A DNA stretch of 26,702 bases, from contig JAOZPT010000033.1 in NCBI GenBank assembly GCA_029932605.1, positions 1 through 26,702 on the forward strand, in the 5' to 3' direction. Positions within the stretch are counted from its first letter, which is position 1. Every line of letters starts with the position of its first letter. A model generated the notes under the pieces. The model searched no databases. It was not told the origin of the DNA and saw nothing but the letters and a program-made list of their open reading frames with translations. A program made the position numbers and the translations under genes. Positions 15,565 through 24,567 of this stretch are shown in pieces. This DNA is from Candidatus Zixiibacteriota bacterium (lineage in GTDB: Bacteria; Zixibacteria; MSB-5A5; UBA10806; 4484-95).

Positions 15565-17433
15565 TTGTCTGGTTTGAATATAGAACGATTGATCCAATCT
15601 TACATTTGTAAAAGGTTTTTTAAACTGGCAATTTTAATTGTCTGCCTGACTTTTATCTTCTTGTATTCAACAGCTAAAGGAGATACTTATCTTCAGGTTT
15701 ATGCAAAAAGCGATAACTATATAGATACTCTTGGCTGGTCGGAACATTACCTGAAATTTGGCGAAAGGATAGCTGTTTTTATCCCTCCTTATACTGCCCA
15801 TTTTACTGTTTTCCCCGTTGAGGAGTCTTTGTATTCGGTCAGCATTGATTTTTTTGAATTGGGTCCGGGACATTCATTCCGTCAGGTAAAGATGACATCA
15901 AAATTAAATCACTGGCAGGAGGTGACGGATTTACCGGCCAAAAATGTCTTCTTTTATTACTATTTCAGATTAACTAAGGACACTGTAGCTAATTTTAGTT
16001 ATATCCCTAAAGATAGTCTGGTCAGCTTTGAGACGATACATTATGTATCCTGGATATGGCCTAACTCGTATTCTGATTTCAAATGGAGAGCGCGCTCTGA
16101 CTATCTTGAGAATATCTTCGATCTTTATCGCAAACGGTTGGGAGTTACTCGTTCGAACAAGATAAATTTCTATATCTTCCCTGCCAGCAACAACACCATT
16201 GATATTGACATACACAGGGGTATTGGTTTTGATATTCCCGACGGTAATCTTTATGCGGTTTTTCGACGGGAGTTCGATTCAGCCCTTCCGGAGGTTGCTC
16301 AGCTTTTTGTAATTTACGAGACATGGGGATACTCAGCTCGGATGCTGGCAGTCGGTTTTTCGCGATACTACCTTGATGATATCTACTTGGCAAAAGAGAT
16401 GATGCCCTATATTTCTGCAAAAAAGGTCAAAGCTATCTTATCGGATGAATTCCCTGAGGATATACATACTGCCGATATCTTGAGCGGAGCTTTTGTCAGG
16501 TACCTCATTGATGGGTACGGGCTAGCGCCTTTTAAGATGCTTTATGAAAAATCGTTACCCGGAAATTTTGTATTTACCGATGTTTATAACGAGAGCTTTG
16601 ATGAGCTGGTCGATTCGTTTATCGATTATGAAGATAAGCTGAAGCTCGACGAACCAAAGGCATTGTATTTTAGCGATATATATTCAAGCCAGCACTGGTT
16701 CGATAAAGCTTTACCTTATAAAATCTGGTTGGCTTCAAAGTCGAATAAAAATGATGTTTACCTTAAAAGACTTGGTGCTTGTTTCTTCTACCTGGGACGA
16801 TATGCAGAATCGGAATCTTGTTATACAATTCTCGCTAAGCAACACAACGATGTTGACGAAGCGGTTTATCTTCAAGGACAGGCATATTTAAGATGTGGTA
16901 AATTAGAAAAAGCAATTGAAAATTTTAAGAAGTCGTGTAAAAGCTACCCGAATTCGGCAAAGATGTTAGCGGAGATTTATCTTAATGAGTACCGGTTCGA
17001 GGAGGCAAAAGCTGTTATTGATAATATCGATGATGTTCCGGATAGTTGGACTGCTATTGTTAAGGCACGGTTGGCCATTGCCGATGGCCAGAATGCCAGA
17101 GCCGATAGCATCCTGAAGAAAGGACTTGCTCATTCCGGTAAAATTATATCTAACGTTCCGGGGGAGGCGCGCGGTTATATTGATTCCGGATATCTATTGA
17201 TGTTTTTGGAGTCATATGAAAACGCCAATACAGAATTAACGACAGCTCTTTTTGTTGATAATAGACCTTACTATCAAGCGCTGGCCTATCTGGCATTAGG
17301 GCGGCTATATGATTTAAAAAACGATCACCGGGTGGCAATAGAGTATTATAACAAGGCAATCGGTCTTAACTCCGGTGAATATATTGATAACCTTGCGGCA
17401 AGTTATGTCGCCAGACCGTTCAAGCTGAGATGA
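15565..17433 (+). CDS. Exported TPR-repeat protein with a degenerate peptidase-MA-like central domain
   Basis: N-terminal hydrophobic segment; AFVRYLIDGYG segment; C-terminal TPR-like helices (LGACFFYLGRYAES, AYLALGRLYDL..AIEYYNKAI). TTG start is uncertain. Confidence 0.7.
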   Translation: MSGLNIERLIQSYICKRFFKLAILIVCLTFIFLYSTAKGDTYLQVYAKSDNYIDTLGWSEHYLKFGERIAVFIPPYTAHFTVFPVEESLYSVSIDFFELGPGHSFRQVKMTSKLNHWQEVTDLPAKNVFFYYYFRLTKDTVANFSYIPKDSLVSFETIHYVSWIWPNSYSDFKWRARSDYLENIFDLYRKRLGVTRSNKINFYIFPASNNTIDIDIHRGIGFDIPDGNLYAVFRREFDSALPEVAQLFVIYETWGYSARMLAVGFSRYYLDDIYLAKEMMPYISAKKVKAILSDEFPEDIHTADILSGAFVRYLIDGYGLAPFKMLYEKSLPGNFVFTDVYNESFDELVDSFIDYEDKLKLDEPKALYFSDIYSSQHWFDKALPYKIWLASKSNKNDVYLKRLGACFFYLGRYAESESCYTILAKQHNDVDEAVYLQGQAYLRCGKLEKAIENFKKSCKSYPNSAKMLAEIYLNEYRFEEAKAVIDNIDDVPDSWTAIVKARLAIADGQNARADSILKKGLAHSGKIISNVPGEARGYIDSGYLLMFLESYENANTELTTALFVDNRPYYQALAYLALGRLYDLKNDHRVAIEYYNKAIGLNSGEYIDNLAASYVARPFKLR

Positions 17434-19475
17434 CGTTTTTAAATTCGATATTCTTAGCGGCATTGGTTGCTACGGTTATACCGCTTTTAATCCATTTTCT
17501 TTCTCGCCGCAGGATAAAGATTGTAGATTTTTCGTCATTGAAATTTCTGCTTGTCATGCAAAAATCCAAACTGCGCTGGTTAAAAATACGCGAGCTTCTT
17601 CTTTTGTTGATCAGGATGATGATACTTGCAATGCTGGCTCTGGCATTCGCTCGCCCAGCGCTGACCAGCAGACATGGTTCAAGCCATGCACCTACTTCTG
17701 CGGTTATCCTTATTGATAATTCCCTTTCAACAGAAAAGCTTTCGGCTTCTGGCGCTGTTTATGACGATATTAAGCGAGGTGCCACAGAAATTGTCGATCT
17801 GCTAAATGCTAATGATGATATTACCGTGATAACCCTTTCAGGAAAACCACTCGTAAGCGGACCATATTCCGACTTTAGCCAAGCTCGTAAAGCAATTTAT
17901 AACTCACAACCTAAGCCATCGCCACCTGCTTTTAAAAGTGGTCTGCAAAAGGCTAAGGAAATTTTAAGCCTTAGCTATAACCTTAACAAGGAGATTTACA
18001 TACTTTCTGATTTTCAATATGGTAAGTGGTGGAAAGGTCCCTTCGATAAGGTAATCTCGAATGATTATCGTTATTTCGCAATTGGGTTTGATAACGATGA
18101 CTCTGAGAATGCCGGGATTACAAAGATAGAATTTCCACCTCAGCTGTTGGCTCCGGGAGAGGAATTTGAAATTGCAGCCTATATTAGAAATTATGATAAC
18201 AAAGCCTTTGCCGGGAAACTGGTGGAACTTTTTATCGATGGCAACAAAAAAGCCCAGACTGCCATCGATCTTAAACCATTCGGCACTGCTGTTGCGAAAT
18301 TTGCCATAACTCCGGAGAACCCCGGCAGGCATCAGGGTTATCTCGAGATCGAGGATGATGATTATAACCCTGATAATAGGTTTTATTTTAATTTTAATAT
18401 TCCCCAGAGAATCTCAGTACTGGGTGTATCCGAAAGCGCCGAGGATTTAAAGGTGCTGGTTAACTGTCTTGGTCGTACCGGTACTGGTTATATTGAATTC
18501 AAGGGTATAGAGATTTCTGACTTCAGTCGTCAGACTCTGGCTGGATTTGATGTAATTGTTCTTAATAACATCAGCGCTTTACCACCCTCATATTTTAATT
18601 CACTTGGGGATTTCGTCGCTTCCGGTGGTGGGTTGTTTTTAATTTTAGGGGAGAAAAGCAATATTGAAGCCTACAGGAAATTTATCAACGACGAAGCCGG
18701 TATAAAACTGGGCGAAAAAATTAAAACATCCAAAACCAGTCAAGGACAATCATATTTTAGTTTCGACGATTTCGATCTAACTCACCCGATATTCAAGATT
18801 TATTCATCAGAGAGCTTCGATTCGCCTATAATACCGCCGTTGAAGGTTCAGGTGATTAACCCCCTCAAAGGAGGGATACCTTTAGCTCGCCTTTCAGATA
18901 AAACGGTACTTTTAGCTATGGCTGAAAACGGCAGGGTTATTGTTATGGGCACAGGCCTTAACCTGAAAAGTTCGGACATCTCATTACATTCATTCATTGT
19001 ACCTTTTGTTGTCAGAGCAGTAGAATATTTAGCCTCTGCCTCCGGCCCGACCGATGAATATTTCCTGACAGGACAGCCGGCGATTATTAACCTACCCACC
19101 GGTTTTAAAGCCTCCTCGGCAAGATTTACAGGTCCTGATTGTGATGAAACCATAGAGGTCGCAAGAGGGGCATATGGGGCATTCTTTAATATACCATCTG
19201 CTGGCTTTCCCGGCTTTTACGCGATTACCGCCGATTCAGATACGGTTGGTTTTTTCTCTGTAAACCATGACAGCTCCGAATCGGCAGTAGAGACCATTTC
19301 TCCACAACATCTAAAAGAAAAGCTTAGCCAGGACCTGACCTTCATAGAAAACCGGGTTGGCTTAAAAGAGGAAGTAATGCAGGCTAAATTCGGTTTTGAG
19401 CTCTGGAAATACTGCCTGCTCTTTGCTTTAATTCTGCTGGTTGCGGAATCATTGTTGGTAAGAGAATTCAAATAG
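17430..19475 (+). CDS. BatA-domain / vWA membrane protein
   Basis: MTFLN..PLLIHF..FSSLKFL..LLLLIR..LAFARP BatA N-terminus; MIDAS DNSLST..LSDFQ; Ig-like DDDYNPDN; GGGL GATase-like segment; C-terminal ELWKY..LLVAESLL TM. ATGA overlap with the upstream gene. Confidence 0.9.
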   Translation: MTFLNSIFLAALVATVIPLLIHFLSRRRIKIVDFSSLKFLLVMQKSKLRWLKIRELLLLLIRMMILAMLALAFARPALTSRHGSSHAPTSAVILIDNSLSTEKLSASGAVYDDIKRGATEIVDLLNANDDITVITLSGKPLVSGPYSDFSQARKAIYNSQPKPSPPAFKSGLQKAKEILSLSYNLNKEIYILSDFQYGKWWKGPFDKVISNDYRYFAIGFDNDDSENAGITKIEFPPQLLAPGEEFEIAAYIRNYDNKAFAGKLVELFIDGNKKAQTAIDLKPFGTAVAKFAITPENPGRHQGYLEIEDDDYNPDNRFYFNFNIPQRISVLGVSESAEDLKVLVNCLGRTGTGYIEFKGIEISDFSRQTLAGFDVIVLNNISALPPSYFNSLGDFVASGGGLFLILGEKSNIEAYRKFINDEAGIKLGEKIKTSKTSQGQSYFSFDDFDLTHPIFKIYSSESFDSPIIPPLKVQVINPLKGGIPLARLSDKTVLLAMAENGRVIVMGTGLNLKSSDISLHSFIVPFVVRAVEYLASASGPTDEYFLTGQPAIINLPTGFKASSARFTGPDCDETIEVARGAYGAFFNIPSAGFPGFYAITADSDTVGFFSVNHDSSESAVETISPQHLKEKLSQDLTFIENRVGLKEEVMQAKFGFELWKYCLLFALILLVAESLLVREFK

Positions 19476-19686
19476 CAAACAGAAGCTACGTTTTTATAAT
19501 ATATATGTCCTGATTCATAGGCTACTTGTAACCAATAGCTATTTTGATGATATTGATTAGCCGGAGATATCGATAATGAGTTGTTCAGAGTATTATCGTA
19601 TTTCCGATAAATACTAATAGGGTGATAGTACATGAGCCATAAGAAAATGACAAACATTTTTAAAATTATATCAAAAAGAGGTTATC

Positions 19687-20892
19687 ATGGAAAAGAATTT
19701 GGTTAGAGTGGCTTCGCATATCCTTGATCTGGAGGAGCCGAAAACGGATTTACAGGAAGCTTTGTTTTCTGTAAGCGGGAGGGATATTTTGAAGCTTGAT
19801 AACAATGAGGCCACGATTGGCCCATCACCGCTTGTTACGAGAGCCTTATCACGGTATCTTTCCGATCGAACTTTGAACCAACAACCGGATATGAGCGCTC
19901 GTAAATTACGGCGGAAGATTTCGCTGTATAGCGGGGTCAATTATGATTCCATTGCCTGCTTTGCCAACATGGCAGAGACAATGGAGGCGGTGGCCAGAAC
20001 ATATCTTGACCATAACCTTGAAGTAGTCATAAGCTGGCCATCGGATGACCTTTTTGGCCATTATGCTGCAAGCGCAGGCGCTAAAATCATTAAAGCGGAG
20101 TATTCCGACCCGTTCACACCGGCAGTTGAACTGATTATATCCCGTATCAACTCTAAAACACGAGTAGTGTACATTTCTAATCCAGGCAATCCGACCGGCA
20201 CATCACTAACCGAAGCTGAGATCGTTTTCTTATTATCATATGCCGAGGATGTCCTGGTTTTAGTCGACGAGTCTTATTTTGAGTTCTGTGGAATTACTAT
20301 GGCTGACCTTATTCCCAAATTTCCCAACTTGGCAGTCATTAGAACCTTCTCTAAGGCATTTGCCCTGGCAGGCTTAGATGTTTCGTATATTCTTACCGAC
20401 TCAAGAAACCTTAAGTTTATTAACCGCCTCGGTTACCTCAAAGCTCCAGGCACACTTGCCCAGGTTGCCGCCGATGCTGCTTTAGATGATATAAATTATA
20501 CCGCAGGATATGTCCGTCAGGTTAATATGTCAAAAAAGATACTTTTCGATAACCTACCTCGAATGGGCTACGAGTTCAGGATAACCGCGGGCAACTTTTT
20601 CCTGTTGAAAGTAAACGATGCCGACAAACTGGTTGAGACGATGTCTAAAAGTAATATATTTATAAATAATCTTTCCAGATTTAGCGGTTTTGAAAACTAT
20701 GTTCAAGTTACGATAGGCATACCATCCCATACCCATACCGTCTTAAATCTTTTGGGAAGGTTGGCCGGCGAGCAGGCATCAAGATTGGGAAGGTTTAAGA
20801 GTAAGGAAAAATTTGTTGGCAGATCGGTAAAGTCTAAAGAGAGTCCGAAGAGAATCAGGTTTAAAAATCTTGAGAAGCCTGTGGTTGGTTGA
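19687..20892 (+). CDS. Histidinol-phosphate aminotransferase-like PLP-fold protein with several non-canonical active-site residues
   Basis: LKLDNNE, SNPGNPTG, VDESYFEF, RTFSKAFALAG, GNFFL; AGAGG ribosome-binding site. Confidence 0.8.
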   Translation: MEKNLVRVASHILDLEEPKTDLQEALFSVSGRDILKLDNNEATIGPSPLVTRALSRYLSDRTLNQQPDMSARKLRRKISLYSGVNYDSIACFANMAETMEAVARTYLDHNLEVVISWPSDDLFGHYAASAGAKIIKAEYSDPFTPAVELIISRINSKTRVVYISNPGNPTGTSLTEAEIVFLLSYAEDVLVLVDESYFEFCGITMADLIPKFPNLAVIRTFSKAFALAGLDVSYILTDSRNLKFINRLGYLKAPGTLAQVAADAALDDINYTAGYVRQVNMSKKILFDNLPRMGYEFRITAGNFFLLKVNDADKLVETMSKSNIFINNLSRFSGFENYVQVTIGIPSHTHTVLNLLGRLAGEQASRLGRFKSKEKFVGRSVKSKESPKRIRFKNLEKPVVG

Positions 20893-20920
20893 GTCATAAA
20901 AAAGGATAACATTTTTTGTA

Positions 20921-20941
20921 TTCTGGGGTAGTGTCCCAGAA
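20921..20941. terminator. Hairpin between convergent genes
   Basis: TTCTGGG (20921-20927) / CCCAGAA (20935-20941), with no clean U-tract. Confidence 0.3.
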
Positions 20942-20958
20942 ATAATAATACATTAACT

Positions 20959-21031
20959 TGTCATTTTGAGGAGTGTAGCGACGAAGTGATCTGTGTAACC
21001 TTATAGATTATTTCGCCTTGTTTGCAATAAC
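20959..21031. repeat. Degenerate REP/RPE-like palindromic element (TGTCATT..GAG..GCGACGAAG..ATCT type)
   Basis: TGTCATTTTGAGGAGTGTAGCGACGAAGTGATCT...AGATTATTTCG...GCAATAAC; inner stem CGAAGTGATCTGTG/TATAGATTATTTCG pairs over 14 bp when G-U is allowed. Confidence 0.55.
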
Positions 21032-21118
21032 CTTTCTAAGAACTTTGAAAAATACGAATTTTTTATGGTTATGATACGAATTCCGTCAATCATCCTTAAT
21101 GTAAGATTTTGTTATATT

Positions 21119-24100
21119 TTAATGAAAACTACTTTGTCGTTTTAACTTGTTATTTCTACCAGAAATCGCTGGTTGGGCAGGCGGTGTCTGTGGACACCAG
21201 AAGATTTCCGGGTTGTGGCCTTTGAAATAAGCGACCAGGAAGGTGACATCAGAGCCAGTAAAATGGCAATTGCCGTTGGCATCTCCTGCCGAGTATAACC
21301 AGGAATCGTTAGAATCGTTCCAGCATGAATCGGGTGGAGCCGAACCGGGCCCCTTGAAATAGCGGACCCCAAATGTTACATCATTGCCAATAACATCACC
21401 GTCACCGTTGATATCGCCGGGGACATAATCGCAACCGGGAGATAAAGGCATAACCGTAAGTGTGACTGGAATATTTCCAGAAAGCGAATCCGGGTCGTTT
21501 GAGTCAAAATCTATTGAACCGCTGTAATCATCCGGTGATAAGTCTGTGGCGTCGAGGGTTACCTGCAGGATGGCGCTATCTGCGGGGGTGATATAATATG
21601 GACCGCCATCAAACCCTATCCATGAATATTCACTGCTGAATGTTATAAATAATATACCCTCGCCACTATTGTAAATTGTGATATCGTGCACCGACAGGCT
21701 GTCCTCATATAAACTGTCGGTGATGGCATCAAGCGAGAAAGAGATGCTAGGCGCAAGAACATGCAAGCTAATCGGTATACTGCCTGTTGGCGTATCCGGA
21801 TCGTTTGAGGTGAAGTTAATCGAACTGCTGTAATCTCCGGGAGGTAAGCTGTCGGTATTCAATGTAACTTGAAAGATGACGCTGTCTCTAGGGTCTACAT
21901 TGTATGGTCCGGCATCGAATTGTATCCATAGTTCCCCGGTGCTGAATGTAACCGAAAGGTTTGCATTGCCGTTGTTAAATATAGTTATGTCATGAACCGC
22001 TTGGCTATACTCGGATAAGCTGTCGTCGATAGAGGTTGGCCAAAGCGAGATATCGGGGTATTCTGCTGTTCCGTGGAAATACCCCTCTAAGGTTATATCA
22101 TCAATATTCCAGCCACAATATTGCCATGATCCATCGGTTGTGCCAAGTCCAAAGCGAATCTGGAAATCAGGATTTTCGTCAGCTATACTTGAGAGGTCGA
22201 AGATTTTCTCATTCCATGATGATTCATCGATAGTAGTTGAGGGATTTTCAAAAAGCGTCACCCAATTGTTACCGTTAAAGGCTTGAAGATAGGCATGGTC
22301 ATATTGATTTCGCTCGACCCCAAGCCATCGGTAGTAAGTCATAATTACACCTGTATAGTCTGTGCAATCGATTATTGGAGAGGTGACCCAGTAGGTAGTG
22401 CTTATATTGGAGTTGTAATCACCGCCGCTCTCAGGATTCAGATCGTTACCAAGCACCTGGTTATCATCACTGGGACTGTGGTCTAAAGCCGGGTCGGGTC
22501 CACCATGTGAATCCGAACCTTGACCACCGGTAGCAACTCCGATAGTCCACTCGGCAGGACCACCAAGGCCTATCCAGCCCTGGTTAAATGAGAAGTCATC
22601 GGCAAAGATCGTCACTCTATCACCCACAAGTAGGTCGAAATGACTGGTATCGCTGTAACCACCGGAGGCTGTTATGTCAAGCTGAAAATCGACTAAGTAA
22701 TAATCAGGACAATCCGACGAGATGGCAAACTGGTAATCGGTATAAGAGGTGCCAGTCCCACCCAGGGCAATTATGGTCGGATAGGTTGAGTTTGGTTGTA
22801 AAACATCAATAAAGCTATCAGATGTAGATAGCGTAGCGTTAACATCGTATGCATTACCGCCACCGTTGTTTATCAAAGTAATCGACATGGACACTGTATC
22901 ACCTGCATTTACAACACCAGCATCGTGAGCATAAAATTCCAGCATTGGCTCATCGGGAACCGGTTGTAACTGGACATCAACGACCGTAGCATTGCGGAAG
23001 ATTGCTGTTACACCATAGACCGTTAAAGGTATATATCCTGGGGAAGTGAAACGAAGGTCATAAGTACCCGGCTCTATCATGCGGTGATAATCCCCAACAT
23101 CGGGGTCGGTGTAGACCTCGGAGCTATCGATATCATGGTCAATTACCGAAATAGTAGCGGCTATGGGGAGACCTGTTGAAGCATCAGTTACCAAGCCTTT
23201 TATTCCATAATAGGCTTGTTCCCAGTAGGTTAAAAAGGCTGCCCTATTATAATCCCAGTAGTCTGGAAGTTGTTCTGGTGGAAGCAGTTTTATATGTGAT
23301 AACTCGATTGTAACCTCGCGACACCCTTTCCAGAAGTTTAAATAGTCCTGACGGCCACCAGCAATGGTATACCAATCCCAGCCGTTGGTTATTCCATTAT
23401 TTAAGTCGGTCATATATCCTGGAGGGCTATTTGTTTGAGCCGAATCAGCATACTCACGGCTAATCTGTATGAACCAGGCATCATCAGCATGGCGCTGGGG
23501 CCAAGTATCCCAGGGATAGTTAACAACCTCAGCTCCACCGTGGAAATTTGCCGATATTACGAAACTGTGCCGGTTGAAGAAGTTCATCATGGCAATTGTT
23601 TCAGGTTGCCAGTCGTTACCATCGGGATGGGGACCCTCATCAGGGTCTGGGAAGTTCCTGTTTAAATCAACCCCGTTGGCGTTAAACCTGATAGCATCTT
23701 CAACTGTGTTGTCACCGCCATGATAGGTGCCATCGGGATTTGCCAAGGGATTGATCCAGACCTCCATGCTATCGAGAATATTGGTGATCTGGGGATCGGT
23801 GCCATAGTTGGATAAGAGGTAATCAATCAATCGCAACATCAGTACATAACCGGTGGTCTCATCGCCGTGCATGGTGCTGGAATACATTACCTCCGGTTCA
23901 TTCTCCTCGATATTGACGTTTGCTGAAAGTTTAGCGAAAAGGATTTCTCGTCCCTCAACCGAATAGCCGATATTTTCTATGATGCACAGGCCGGGGTAAT
24001 CGCTTTCGAATCGTTGCATCATGCTGACATATTCTCCATATGTTGGGTATGAGTCCCATTCAAGGATGGCCTCCCTGCTATCCGCCATCCGCGGAGAAAT

Positions 24101-24352
24101 TAATGAGCTAGGACTTGGCAGTATTGTGTAGTCATAACCTAAAGTTTTAAAATAATCGAATTGTTTGTCATTGGCGTAAGCATAAACGGTTTTATCTTTA
24201 ACGTTGTCGATGGATATTATTCTGGTTAGGCTAACCAGCTCCTGACGAGACGATATCTCGAATTTGAAATATACCTGGTTTGTCTGGGCATATGCGACTG
24301 CAATTAGCGAAATCAACATTGCAATCGTTATAATCACAAGTAAGCGCCGCAT
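21119..24352 (-). CDS. Secreted M14 zinc carboxypeptidase (CPD-like) with regulatory-like, Ig-like and jelly-roll domains and a C-terminal dockerin-like module
   Basis: GGAGG ribosome-binding site, signal peptide, MHGDE, NPDG, DLNRNF, SANFHGG..NYPWD, GGRQD and EVTIELS motifs; GIKGLVTD CarboxypepD_reg-like domain; two tandem ~100-aa Ig-like repeats. Confidence 0.93.
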   Translation of the reverse strand: MRRLLVIITIAMLISLIAVAYAQTNQVYFKFEISSRQELVSLTRIISIDNVKDKTVYAYANDKQFDYFKTLGYDYTILPSPSSLISPRMADSREAILEWDSYPTYGEYVSMMQRFESDYPGLCIIENIGYSVEGREILFAKLSANVNIEENEPEVMYSSTMHGDETTGYVLMLRLIDYLLSNYGTDPQITNILDSMEVWINPLANPDGTYHGGDNTVEDAIRFNANGVDLNRNFPDPDEGPHPDGNDWQPETIAMMNFFNRHSFVISANFHGGAEVVNYPWDTWPQRHADDAWFIQISREYADSAQTNSPPGYMTDLNNGITNGWDWYTIAGGRQDYLNFWKGCREVTIELSHIKLLPPEQLPDYWDYNRAAFLTYWEQAYYGIKGLVTDASTGLPIAATISVIDHDIDSSEVYTDPDVGDYHRMIEPGTYDLRFTSPGYIPLTVYGVTAIFRNATVVDVQLQPVPDEPMLEFYAHDAGVVNAGDTVSMSITLINNGGGNAYDVNATLSTSDSFIDVLQPNSTYPTIIALGGTGTSYTDYQFAISSDCPDYYLVDFQLDITASGGYSDTSHFDLLVGDRVTIFADDFSFNQGWIGLGGPAEWTIGVATGGQGSDSHGGPDPALDHSPSDDNQVLGNDLNPESGGDYNSNISTTYWVTSPIIDCTDYTGVIMTYYRWLGVERNQYDHAYLQAFNGNNWVTLFENPSTTIDESSWNEKIFDLSSIADENPDFQIRFGLGTTDGSWQYCGWNIDDITLEGYFHGTAEYPDISLWPTSIDDSLSEYSQAVHDITIFNNGNANLSVTFSTGELWIQFDAGPYNVDPRDSVIFQVTLNTDSLPPGDYSSSINFTSNDPDTPTGSIPISLHVLAPSISFSLDAITDSLYEDSLSVHDITIYNSGEGILFITFSSEYSWIGFDGGPYYITPADSAILQVTLDATDLSPDDYSGSIDFDSNDPDSLSGNIPVTLTVMPLSPGCDYVPGDINGDGDVIGNDVTFGVRYFKGPGSAPPDSCWNDSNDSWLYSAGDANGNCHFTGSDVTFLVAYFKGHNPEIFWCPQTPPAQPAISGRNNKLKRQSSFH
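21179..21433 (-). repeat. Four-Cys dockerin-like C-terminal module, copy B
   Basis: CDYVPGDINGDGDVIGNDVTFGVRYFKG..PPDSC..AGDANGNCHFTGSDVTFLVAYFKG..CPQTPP. Confidence 0.85.
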
Positions 24353-24416
24353 AAATCCTCCAATTAATTGTGCATATTTAACTTTGCAGATTCATAGAAG
24401 AATCTTGCTTAATTGC

Positions 24417-24444
24417 AATATAGTAGATATTTTTTTATTGACAA
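24417..24444 (-). promoter_or_regulatory. Putative promoter of the M14 carboxypeptidase gene
   Basis: Minus strand TTGTCA (24444-24439), 16 nt, TATATT (24422-24417); lies downstream of the terminator of the preceding gene. Confidence 0.4.
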
Positions 24445-24516
24445 GTATTTTTCTTGTAAGCGTAATTGACAATTATTGAATGGATTAGAGTATATGGGTA
24501 GTATGGTAGATATGAT

Positions 24517-24542
24517 AAAAAAGGCGGCCTTGCGACCGCCTT
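24517..24542 (-). terminator. Intrinsic terminator
   Basis: Minus strand AAGGCGGTC-GCAA-GGCCGCC-TTTTTT: GC-rich stem, GNRA loop and U-tract, about 25 nt after the stop at 24568. Confidence 0.88.
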
Positions 24543-24567
24543 ACAGTTGTTTTCTAATGATTAAAGA

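Noticed and set aside
19217..19657. 146-aa minus-strand ORF and the other 60-122 aa ORFs overlapping large genes
   Set aside because: They are antisense or alternate-frame to well-supported genes and show no recognisable motifs.
19687..20892. Assigning the gene symbol hisC or cobD
   Set aside because: Key conserved residues are substituted and there is no supporting operon context.
24437..24472. ATTGACAA direct repeat as a plus-strand promoter or operator
   Set aside because: AT-rich context and no supported plus-strand gene downstream; one copy is explained as the minus-strand -35 box.
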